Part shown: positions 54,251-62,355 of the stretch, one piece after another
Position numbering within the stretch: the stretch's first letter is position 1
Layout of the letters: each line of letters opens with the position of its first letter
Assembly (NCBI GenBank): GCA_965195225.1
Contig: CBDAFL010000085.1
Location: 82,120-146,119 of the forward strand
Direction: 5' to 3'
Origin: an uncultured Thermoguttaceae bacterium
Lineage (GTDB): Bacteria; Planctomycetota; Planctomycetia; Pirellulales; Thermoguttaceae
DNA length: 64,000 nt
Notes under the pieces: model-generated
Database searches by the model: none
Told to the model about the DNA's origin: nothing
The model's input: the letters and a program-made list of their open reading frames with translations, nothing else
Position numbers and translations under genes: made by a program

Positions 54251-56005
54251 CTATTTCCCCACTTCAAACCCTTCGATCCTCAGCGTGGCAAACGCCTCGT
54301 CGCCGAAGCGGACCACCATTCGCCCCGGCAGATACCGCTTTCCCTTATGACGGTAATCGGAAAAATAGACCTCGCACGGATCCGATTCATCGTCGGGGAA
54401 CATTTCCAAGGCCAACAGTCGGCCGTCGGCCGGGTCGAAGTAGAAACGGCAGTCCACTCCCTTGTGCGAACCGACCAACACGTCGGCCAGCCCTTGATAT
54501 CCGGCCAGCGGCGCCGTGCCGTAATAATAAACGTCGCCGAAGCGGTCCAGCCCTTCGCTGGCCAGTCTCCGCCAAAGGAACAGTGCGGGCATAAGCCCAC
54601 CGCTGTGTTCCGGCAACAGCGACGTTCCCAACTCATTGCCGGCGGTCCATTTAATCTCCGTGGAAGGAAGCATCAGCGACGCGGCATCGTAGCTTAGATG
54701 CAGGCTGTACTCCCCGCCGCCGCTGAGCGGGCCGGAGATGATCCAAGCACCGCGGGATCCGCCGAGATTCAACCGCGGGTTCCAAGCGTCCCACACCCGA
54801 TTTTGTTCGAGATCGTTGTAATAGTAGTTGGAGAATCCCCGCTTCTGCTTGTAATGCTCGGCCACGATCTTCGGGATCGGCAGCGCGGCTGGCTTGGCGG
54901 GTTTTGCCGGCGGCTTGGCGTCCTTGCCGGGCACGGGTTTCTTCGGCTTTCCGTCCGGCTTGGGCATAGGATGCGGTCGGGCTTTTTTTTCTCCGCCCGC
55001 TTTTTTCAGCAGTTCCCCTTGTATGTGAACGCCGGCCAACCGGACCAGAATGTCGCGTCGTTCTCCGTCGCGGCGATAGCTCAGGGGTACGCGCCACCCT
55101 TTGGGAAAGATCCCCAAGACGTTTTTGAATTCGTTGGGGGTGCCGATGGACCGCCCGCCGAAGCTGACAACCTCGTCGCCTTCCCGCAGTCCACGGCGAT
55201 AGACGTCGGAGTCGTCGAGTATATCTTTGACCACGACGTGGCCGTCCTCGTCGCGTTTCACCACCGCGCCGAGCGTGGCGTGATCGACGATCCGTCCGCT
55301 GCGGAGCGTGCCCATGAAGTGCTTAATCTGGTTGATCGAGATGGCGTAGGCGAGGCCGACGTTGATCCGGCCGCGTTTCTCGAACGAACACCGGCCGTTG
55401 ATGCCGATCAATCTCCCCAGAGCGTCGAACAACGGTCCGCCCGAGTTGCCGGGGTTGACCGAGGCGTCGGTCTGAAGGCAATCGGCGTACTCGAGCAACG
55501 TTCCGGCCGGAAACTGATAGCGATGCACGCCGGAGATGATCCCGAGGGTGATGGTCGGCTGGAAGTCGGTTGCCAGCAGGAAGGGGTTGCCTGCGGCGAA
55601 GACCCGATCGCCGACGCGGACCTTGTCGCTGTCGGCCATCTTGGCGCAGGGGAAGTCGTCGCGGCCGAAGAGTTTTATCAGCGCCACGTCTCCTGTCGGG
55701 TCGAGGCCGACCAGCACGGCGTCGTACGCCTTTCCGTCGGCCATGCCGCACTGCATGGCCTTCCCACAGGGGCGCACGACGTGGTAGTTGGTCAGCGCGT
55801 ACCCGTCGGGTGAGATGACCACGCCGGAGCCGCCGCCCCGTCCGTTGGCCGGAAAGATGGCCAGCACGGCGTCCTTGGCCTCGTTCATCGCGTCGATCCG
55901 CTTGGACTCGGCGTCGATGACCGCCGCGGTCGGCGCGCCGAGGGCTTGCGCGGCAACCGCCAGCAGTAAGGCAAGAGAATATAAGAAACGGGTGGGACGG
56001 TTCAT
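54251..56005 (-). CDS. S1C (HtrA/DegP-like) serine protease with PDZ and extra C-terminal domain, catalytic triad intact
   Basis: LTNYHVV (His), GDVALIKL (Asp) and NPGNSGGPLFD (Ser) are all present. Signal peptide. ATG 56005 forms an ATGA overlap with the upstream gene. Confidence 0.85.
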   Translation of the reverse strand: MNRPTRFLYSLALLLAVAAQALGAPTAAVIDAESKRIDAMNEAKDAVLAIFPANGRGGGSGVVISPDGYALTNYHVVRPCGKAMQCGMADGKAYDAVLVGLDPTGDVALIKLFGRDDFPCAKMADSDKVRVGDRVFAAGNPFLLATDFQPTITLGIISGVHRYQFPAGTLLEYADCLQTDASVNPGNSGGPLFDALGRLIGINGRCSFEKRGRINVGLAYAISINQIKHFMGTLRSGRIVDHATLGAVVKRDEDGHVVVKDILDDSDVYRRGLREGDEVVSFGGRSIGTPNEFKNVLGIFPKGWRVPLSYRRDGERRDILVRLAGVHIQGELLKKAGGEKKARPHPMPKPDGKPKKPVPGKDAKPPAKPAKPAALPIPKIVAEHYKQKRGFSNYYYNDLEQNRVWDAWNPRLNLGGSRGAWIISGPLSGGGEYSLHLSYDAASLMLPSTEIKWTAGNELGTSLLPEHSGGLMPALFLWRRLASEGLDRFGDVYYYGTAPLAGYQGLADVLVGSHKGVDCRFYFDPADGRLLALEMFPDDESDPCEVYFSDYRHKGKRYLPGRMVVRFGDEAFATLRIEGFEVGK

Positions 56006-57186
56006 TTTACGATCCTCGCGTTGCACAACAGAAGTCGGTCGCCGGTACCCAGGTCGTCACCGAAATCGACCAGAATCGTCAGCCGCCGGACGCCGGCCAA
56101 GTTAAGCTCGATCGATTGTGGCGAGTCTTTGCCGGAGACGTCGGTTTCCAACAACACCTGGTCGTCGCCGCGAACTATCAACCGGACTTTTCCTCCCGTG
56201 CCCCAGGCGTCGTCGATTCCGACCACGGCGCGGAAGCAGCGGAAGCCGACCGGCAACCGATAGACCAGTTTCGTTTGGGCAAAGAGTGCCAGGCCCTTGC
56301 GGTATTCGTTGCCGCCCAGTTTCAGCGTTTCCGACTCGAAGCCGCGGTCGAAACGGGGGGCGTAGAACAGTCTGAGCGCCGGCAAGGGCCGCTGGCCGCC
56401 GAAATACGGAGTCCAGACCGTGGAGTCGGGTTTCAAGTCGCTGAGATAGACCAGCTTGCCGAGGGAAAAATCCATCCGCAAGACGTTCTCCAGCGGTTGC
56501 GATACGCTCAATCCCGTGGACGTTGCCCATTGCAGGTTATCGGCGAGGCTCACGGACCGCGCCGACCAACGTGATCCGGCGGTGTCGGTGATTCGGCAGA
56601 TTGCCGGCGGCGGCTCGTCGGCGACGCCGTGACGATAGACGAATCCATAGACCTTCGAGCGCTTCACCGGCAGGACTTCGCCGTCGAGGTCGAAGCCGAC
56701 GGTGTCTTCCGTCACGTCGTGAACAACGCCTTTATGCGAGTCGAGTGTTCCGTTTGTGCGGACGATCAGCAGGTCGCTGTCGGCCTTCGCGTCGATCAGC
56801 CGCGACCATTCGGCGTCGAGCGGGTCGGCGCGTTGGAGCCGGACCGATTGGACGACGGACATGGGGGCTTCGACGACTTCGCCGCTGGCGAGGGTGATTT
56901 GGGCCTGTCCGCCACAGGCGACGTACTGCCGCCCGTGGATCGACGATCCGTCGGTCAGTTCGACGATGACGCCGGACATTTGCGGGGACGGTTTTGCCTT
57001 TCGTTTGGCGGTAAGCGTTAGGAGGTTTTCCATTTCCAGCGACACCCGCCCTTGGGCCGTGTCGAGGGTCAGGTGATCGGCTGTCAATTCGACCAGGGCG
57101 CCGGAGATCGTTTGGCCGTCGAGCGTTTGCGCCTCGAACGGTGATACGGCGAAACTGAGAATCAGCGCCAGTAGTATGCTGCTCAT
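56002..57186 (-). CDS. Exported protein with C-terminal NPCBM-like (carbohydrate-binding module) domain
   Basis: Signal peptide. The C-terminal part, ...LGGNEYRKGLALFAQTKLVYRL...FRAVVGIDD...GKVRLIVRGDDQVL...LTILVDFGDDLGTGD, resembles NPCBM/NEW2 modules. Confidence 0.6.
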   Translation of the reverse strand: MSSILLALILSFAVSPFEAQTLDGQTISGALVELTADHLTLDTAQGRVSLEMENLLTLTAKRKAKPSPQMSGVIVELTDGSSIHGRQYVACGGQAQITLASGEVVEAPMSVVQSVRLQRADPLDAEWSRLIDAKADSDLLIVRTNGTLDSHKGVVHDVTEDTVGFDLDGEVLPVKRSKVYGFVYRHGVADEPPPAICRITDTAGSRWSARSVSLADNLQWATSTGLSVSQPLENVLRMDFSLGKLVYLSDLKPDSTVWTPYFGGQRPLPALRLFYAPRFDRGFESETLKLGGNEYRKGLALFAQTKLVYRLPVGFRCFRAVVGIDDAWGTGGKVRLIVRGDDQVLLETDVSGKDSPQSIELNLAGVRRLTILVDFGDDLGTGDRLLLCNARIVK

Positions 57187-57243
57187 GGTTGTGCTCGTGT
57201 TGTTGGTTTGCGAAGCCGCAGGCGGTCGTCACTATCCACTATA

Positions 57244-58314
57244 CTATTCACTTTCCTCGGCGGCGAGCCGGCGGAAGTATTGTTCGATAACGTCGCGGTA
57301 GTGGGAGGGGAAATCGCGTCCGATCTGTTGCATGGCTTCCTCGCGTTTCTTCGGCGGCAGGTTGCCCCAGCCGCTCTCCGAGCCGATGTTCTTCCGATCC
57401 ACCTTGCCTGGCCCCTTGCCGCCGGCGATCTTGCTGTCGGGCATGGGACTGCTGGGCTGTAGGGTGCTGCTCATTTGCTGTTGTTGCTCCTCTAACTTCT
57501 TAATGAGCTTGTCGAGCGACTCGATTATTCCGTCCTGCCGCTTGCGGACCTTCTTGCCGGCGCGGCCCAGGTCGAGCCGTCGGCGAACGTCGTTCATCCG
57601 CCGGGCGATGTGGTCGAGCGTGTCGTCTTGCAGACCTTTGAGGTCTTCCTGCATGAGCCGGGCGAGAACGACGTAGCGTCGCGGACTGGACTCGGCCCCT
57701 TGCAACAATTCGCCGATCGACTTCAAACCGGAATCCTTGTTCAGCAAGGAATGGTATACGACGCTCTGGTAGAACAGCAGCGCTGCGGGGGCCGCCACCT
57801 CGTCGGGCTTTAGACCAGAAAGTTGCTCCAACGCCTCGTCGTACAACGCCTCGTCGATCAGCCATCGGGCGTAGAGCAGCCGCAGATTGTTGACCAGCAG
57901 CGGCGGCGCGGCGGCGGTGCGGAGCCAGGCATGCGATGGAAGCACCAGTTGGCTTCGCGGTTGGGAGCATAGCTCGACCAGCTTCGCCGCGTCCCGGTCG
58001 AGCAGCGCGTACGTCATCGCCAGACGGACCAGCAGGTCGTCCTCCGTGGCCGTGGCGGGTAAGTCGCGCCAGACAGCCTCCACGCGGGACCGAACGGCGG
58101 CGTCCGCCTTTGGCGTCTCCAGGCAGGCAAGCGCTAGGGCCTTGATCTGTTCCGCCGCGGGTGGTTTCCAGGCGGCGGTCGTATTGGCGAGCGGGTCGGT
58201 CGTCTGGCCCGCGGCCGGCGCGGCCGGGAGGACGGCCATCGCAAACAGGGCAATGACTGCTCCGGTTCCCACACGGAGCATGGGAACCAGGATTTTTTTG
58301 AGGCTCGGTTTCAT
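57244..58314 (-). CDS. Exported hypothetical protein
   Basis: Signal peptide, a helical repeat body and a conserved-looking C-terminus (PPKKREEAMQQIGRDFPSHYRDVIEQYFRRLA). ATGA overlap with the upstream gene. Confidence 0.55.
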   Translation of the reverse strand: MKPSLKKILVPMLRVGTGAVIALFAMAVLPAAPAAGQTTDPLANTTAAWKPPAAEQIKALALACLETPKADAAVRSRVEAVWRDLPATATEDDLLVRLAMTYALLDRDAAKLVELCSQPRSQLVLPSHAWLRTAAAPPLLVNNLRLLYARWLIDEALYDEALEQLSGLKPDEVAAPAALLFYQSVVYHSLLNKDSGLKSIGELLQGAESSPRRYVVLARLMQEDLKGLQDDTLDHIARRMNDVRRRLDLGRAGKKVRKRQDGIIESLDKLIKKLEEQQQQMSSTLQPSSPMPDSKIAGGKGPGKVDRKNIGSESGWGNLPPKKREEAMQQIGRDFPSHYRDVIEQYFRRLAAEESE

Positions 58315-59954
58315 TTGTTCTTCCCCAATTGTAGATCGCGAGTGACGCGATGGATTCGTTTTTCCCGCTCGGCAAGCCGCCTAAGGGCATCGAACAACTC
58401 GGCGCTGTCGGCCTGTTCGCCGTCGATCATTTTCGAGTACCGGTCGGTGCGTTTGTTTACCCGCATTTGCAGGGCACGGATCATTTTTACCTCGGCCAAC
58501 ATATCGATCAACGGCGGATCCCTCGACTGACCGGGCCTGCCTTTTTGCGATTTCTGGTCCTCCAGGTCCTTCTGGGCCTTCTTCAAGGCCTCGACCATTT
58601 CCTTCAGGGCTTCCAGGATGTCTTCCTCAATGCCTTGGGTGATCTTACCCACCTTGGTCCGCGCCAAACGCTGGACGACCTGCTGCATGTCTTCGCGCAT
58701 CTGTTCGATGGCTTCCGGAAAAGCCACGGCGGTGCCGTCCTCGCGCAGCAGGAGCAACGCCTTGTCGACCTCGACGACGATCCGCGACTCCTTGCCGCTT
58801 AGCCGGCTGGCTTCGATTTCGTGATTGTGCGTTCGCTGAGCGGCGGGGATCGCGTCGAGCCGCAGCGTTCCGATATAGACTTCCTGCTGCATCTGCATCA
58901 TTTTTCGGAATCGGGCCTCGAGCATCGCCAGGAGCCGGGCAATTTGCTCCTCGCGCAGTTGCCGAAGGATTTCTTCCAGTTCCGCCTTGGCTTTTTCCAA
59001 CTCGCGGATGGCTTCCTCTTGTTTTTCGGCGGCGCCTTCGCGTTGGGCCTCTTTGAGTTTCTTTTCCGCCTCCTTCATCTTTTCTCGGGCGGCTTTGAGG
59101 CGTTTTTCGGCGGGATTCTGCTCGGATTCCTGTTGCTGCTGCTGGTCGCTCTGTTTTCCTTGCTCGCCTTGTTGACCCTGCTGTCCTTGCTGACCTTTTT
59201 GTCCCTTCTGTCCCTTCTGGTCCGAGGATTTTCCCTTTTGATCTCCAGATTCAGATTTTTCTTTTCCGCCCTCCGCACCCTCCTTACCGTCCTTCTCTTT
59301 TTCCTTTCCGCCTTCCGCCTTATCTTTTCCGTCTTCCGCCTTCCGCCTTCCGCCCTGTTGTACGTCCTTGGCCAGTTTGCCGGTTTTTTCGGCGAGTTTT
59401 CCTTGTTCATCGGCCAGGCGTTTGGTGTTGTCTCCGCCGGTGGTACGGCCTTGAATGTCCTTTTCCTGCTTTATGATCCTGTTGAGTTGCTTCAAGTATT
59501 GGCGGATGCGTTCTTTTTCCTTTTCGAGGCTTTTTGCGCGGTTTTCACTCATCAAAAGTTCCAGCAGGGCGCGCAGATCGAGATCGAGATCGGCCTGGTC
59601 CTTTATGGCCCGGGAGAGTTGGTCCTTGCCCAAAAGCTCCACGAGTTGTTCGAGGCGGACGGCAATTAATTGGTCCTTGCTTTGGGCGACCGCCTTTTTC
59701 AGCAAGGCTGCCCTGCGGGGATCGGTGGCCGCGCTGAGTTCGGCCATCCTCAGCAGGACGCCTTCGAGATGTTTGTATTGCTCGGCGATGCGCCGTTCCT
59801 GAAGGGCAAGTTTTTCGGCGGGGCCAAGCTCGTTTTCCGTTCCCGCCCGCGCGGCGTCCTCCTGTCCGGTCTGGGCGCGGACCGTGAGGGGAAGGAACAA
59901 GACCACTGCCAGGGCTAATCCGAACGCCGCCGGGAGTCGATTACCGATGCTCAT
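58311..59954 (-). CDS. Exported coiled-coil protein with K/E/G/Q low-complexity core
   Basis: Signal peptide, long heptad-rich segments and a low-complexity tract (...GKEKEKDGKEGAEGGKEK...QKGQKGQKGQQGQQGQQGEQGKQSDQQQQQE...). Confidence 0.6.
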   Translation of the reverse strand: MSIGNRLPAAFGLALAVVLFLPLTVRAQTGQEDAARAGTENELGPAEKLALQERRIAEQYKHLEGVLLRMAELSAATDPRRAALLKKAVAQSKDQLIAVRLEQLVELLGKDQLSRAIKDQADLDLDLRALLELLMSENRAKSLEKEKERIRQYLKQLNRIIKQEKDIQGRTTGGDNTKRLADEQGKLAEKTGKLAKDVQQGGRRKAEDGKDKAEGGKEKEKDGKEGAEGGKEKSESGDQKGKSSDQKGQKGQKGQQGQQGQQGEQGKQSDQQQQQESEQNPAEKRLKAAREKMKEAEKKLKEAQREGAAEKQEEAIRELEKAKAELEEILRQLREEQIARLLAMLEARFRKMMQMQQEVYIGTLRLDAIPAAQRTHNHEIEASRLSGKESRIVVEVDKALLLLREDGTAVAFPEAIEQMREDMQQVVQRLARTKVGKITQGIEEDILEALKEMVEALKKAQKDLEDQKSQKGRPGQSRDPPLIDMLAEVKMIRALQMRVNKRTDRYSKMIDGEQADSAELFDALRRLAEREKRIHRVTRDLQLGKNK

Positions 59955-59957
59955 CGT

Positions 59958-62234
59958 CTACTCCTTCAACAAGTCTCGGATTTTTTGTTTGTGCCGCCGC
60001 TGGGTTTCCTCTTTGAGCTCTTTTTGCATTTCGACAATCTTCCGCAGCAATTCGACCGCTTCGTTGAAACTTTCTAATTCGAGCATGCGGTCGCGGACTT
60101 TTTGCATGGCCAGGAGTATTTCATCGGCCTGCGCTTGGGCGCGGTTGCGGAGCGCTGGACCTTGGGATTCCAGCTCGGCCTGCAAGGTCTCGATGCGCTG
60201 CTCCAATTCGGGAAACATCTCGCCGGCAATCTCGTGGAGCGGCCGCGCTATGCCTTCTTGTATCCGCTTTTTCAATTCCTCGGTGTCGATGCGATTGTTG
60301 ATTAGTTGTTTGCGAATGTCGTCGAATGCCTCGGCCACGCCCAACACTTCCTGGGCGTTCTTCCGGCAGTTGCTCAGCGCGCTTTGCACGCGGAGCAATC
60401 GCAGTGCTGCCCGCCGCTCGGGCGTATCGTCCGCATCGAGATTGTCCGGTTTATCACCTGGTTCGCTGCCGGCCGGCGCCGCGGCGGGATTGGCCGATTC
60501 ATCCGATTCAAAATCGAGCCGCGCCAGCAGATCCCGCGTCTCGGTCACCTCTTGCAGCATCCGCTCGAACCGCTGCCGCAAGACCAACTCCCGCGCTTCG
60601 AGCATTGCCCGCAATTGATCCGGCGTGACGATCTCCAGCAGCCATCGCTCGCTGCCGGCCAGATTGGGGCCTTGGCCGAGGTCGCAGAGATCGGCGGCGC
60701 GGACGGTTATCAGCAGTTTTTGGCCCGGTTTGACTCCCAAGGGGCGGACTTCCAACGCCGCGTCGTCCAGATTGAAGGCGGCGGGGGCGCGCGGGAGTTT
60801 GGCTATCGGCTGACCGGCCGGCTCGCGATCGTCGATCGCGTACTCGAACCAGACCCGGCCAATGCCGTAGTCGTCGGCGATCCGGCCGACGATCGGCACA
60901 CTGGCTTGCGGGGTGATCGCCGCGCCGATGCCGTCCAGTTGCACGGCCATTTGCGGCGGCTGGTCTGGCGCCGCGACAAGCACCAGCCGAACCGGCTCGC
61001 GGCCCGTGATGCCGTCCGTATCGGTCAGCGTGAACAGCAGTGTAGTGTTGTCGTCCAGCCTTTCCACGGTGTGGGAGAAGCCGCGGTGGTCCGTGTCCAA
61101 CTTGTCCGTCTCCAACACTTCGGTCGTCTCCGATAGTTCGGCGACGACTTTGTCGACCTGTACGCGGACGAGTTCCTTGTTGGCCTCTTCGGCGCGGACG
61201 GTAACGCGGCTACCCATGGGGATTTGCATCACTCCGGTGACCGGCAGCGGTGGCTGGCGGCGGCGGATGTAGGCGGGCAACTCGCAATCGAGCGTCCTCC
61301 GCGAGATCATGGGGCTATCGACGGCCTGAATCCGCAAGTTGCTTACGCGATCGTCGCCGCCGACCACGTCGAAGTCGATATCGGAAAGCACGCCGCGGAA
61401 AGTGTGAGAAAATTCCTGGTAATAGTCCTCCTCGCCGCGCGAGATGCCGCGGCGGTCCATCGTCACCCGGCCGCGTCCGCCACCTTCGGTCCAATAGCGG
61501 ATTTCGACTTTTTCCGGCACTCGCGGCATACGGGTGTCGGCCTTCGCCACTATCTCCACGTCCGAACCGCGGGCAACCTTGCGCAGGCCGTCGGTAAAAC
61601 CATCAACCACAATATCCGTGTACCGGGGCCATAGATCGCCGGACAGCGCCAACACGCGGTTGGCCCAAACGCCGAACGCCACGGAAAACAGTACGGCGAA
61701 CATCGCCACGCTGATCGTAAGCAGAGTCGCGGCGCCGCAATGCAGCCACAACGGACGCGGATTGAATACCTTCCTGAGTTCGATCTCCTCGACGTGGGCC
61801 GATGCCTCGCGGCAAGTTCTCGCAAGCATCTCCTCGCTTAGATTGTCGTCCGCCGGCCGGTTGCCGAGTTCAACGACCGTCAGCAGGCTGTCGTTGAGTT
61901 GTGGAAACCGGCGTTCGAGCACGGTGGCCGCGTTGCCGTCCGTGATGTGTACGAACGCCCGGCGGCCGATCATGCGAAAGAGGATCAGCACCATCACCGC
62001 GGCGACCGCGGCGAGCATGACCGCGCGAACCATCGGGGACGGCTCGAAGAACCAATCGGCCACAAGGGTTGCCCAAAACGCCGCGCCCAACCATGCCATG
62101 GCGGCGGCGGAACCTTCCAGCCAAACGTATTGGCGGATGCGGCGACGCAGCGCGCCCAGCAAGGTCCGTGCCGGGAGGGCAAGTGTCGGTCGGTCGTCGT
62201 GGTCTAGCGTTGCCATGGTAAGTACACGTTGCAT
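59958..62234 (-). CDS. Large hypothetical membrane protein
   Basis: Four N-terminal TM helices, then about 550 aa that look extracytoplasmic. Start taken at MQRVLTMATLD (62234), so that the hairpin at 62235-62300 is intergenic. Confidence 0.6.
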   Translation of the reverse strand: MQRVLTMATLDHDDRPTLALPARTLLGALRRRIRQYVWLEGSAAAMAWLGAAFWATLVADWFFEPSPMVRAVMLAAVAAVMVLILFRMIGRRAFVHITDGNAATVLERRFPQLNDSLLTVVELGNRPADDNLSEEMLARTCREASAHVEEIELRKVFNPRPLWLHCGAATLLTISVAMFAVLFSVAFGVWANRVLALSGDLWPRYTDIVVDGFTDGLRKVARGSDVEIVAKADTRMPRVPEKVEIRYWTEGGGRGRVTMDRRGISRGEEDYYQEFSHTFRGVLSDIDFDVVGGDDRVSNLRIQAVDSPMISRRTLDCELPAYIRRRQPPLPVTGVMQIPMGSRVTVRAEEANKELVRVQVDKVVAELSETTEVLETDKLDTDHRGFSHTVERLDDNTTLLFTLTDTDGITGREPVRLVLVAAPDQPPQMAVQLDGIGAAITPQASVPIVGRIADDYGIGRVWFEYAIDDREPAGQPIAKLPRAPAAFNLDDAALEVRPLGVKPGQKLLITVRAADLCDLGQGPNLAGSERWLLEIVTPDQLRAMLEARELVLRQRFERMLQEVTETRDLLARLDFESDESANPAAAPAGSEPGDKPDNLDADDTPERRAALRLLRVQSALSNCRKNAQEVLGVAEAFDDIRKQLINNRIDTEELKKRIQEGIARPLHEIAGEMFPELEQRIETLQAELESQGPALRNRAQAQADEILLAMQKVRDRMLELESFNEAVELLRKIVEMQKELKEETQRRHKQKIRDLLKE

Positions 62235-62313
62235 GTTTAGCGGCCGCCGGTACGGCGGCTTGCGGCGGAGCACGGGCCGACGTACCGTCGGCCGCTAAAC
62301 AGATTAAATGTTC

Positions 62314-62337
62314 GGGGGTGAATTTCACCCCCTTTTA
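62314..62337 (+). other. GC hairpin with T-run in the intergenic gap of a minus-strand operon
   Basis: GGGGGTGA-ATT-TCACCCCC followed by TTTT on the plus strand. On the minus strand it is preceded by an A-run, so it resembles a plus-oriented terminator with no plus-strand gene to terminate. Confidence 0.35.
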
Positions 62338-62355
62338 TTCTACACCAGTTTATAG

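Noticed and set aside
53573-55813. Plus-strand ORFs 53573-54697 (374 aa) and 54698-55813 (371 aa) across the HtrA genes
   Set aside because: They are antisense to protease/PDZ genes with clear motifs and operon structure. Shadow ORFs.
60306-62298. Plus-strand ORFs (276 aa, 254 aa and others) opposite the 759-aa membrane protein gene
   Set aside because: No motifs and an Arg/Gly/Pro-rich composition. The minus-strand frame has coherent TM helices and operon coupling.
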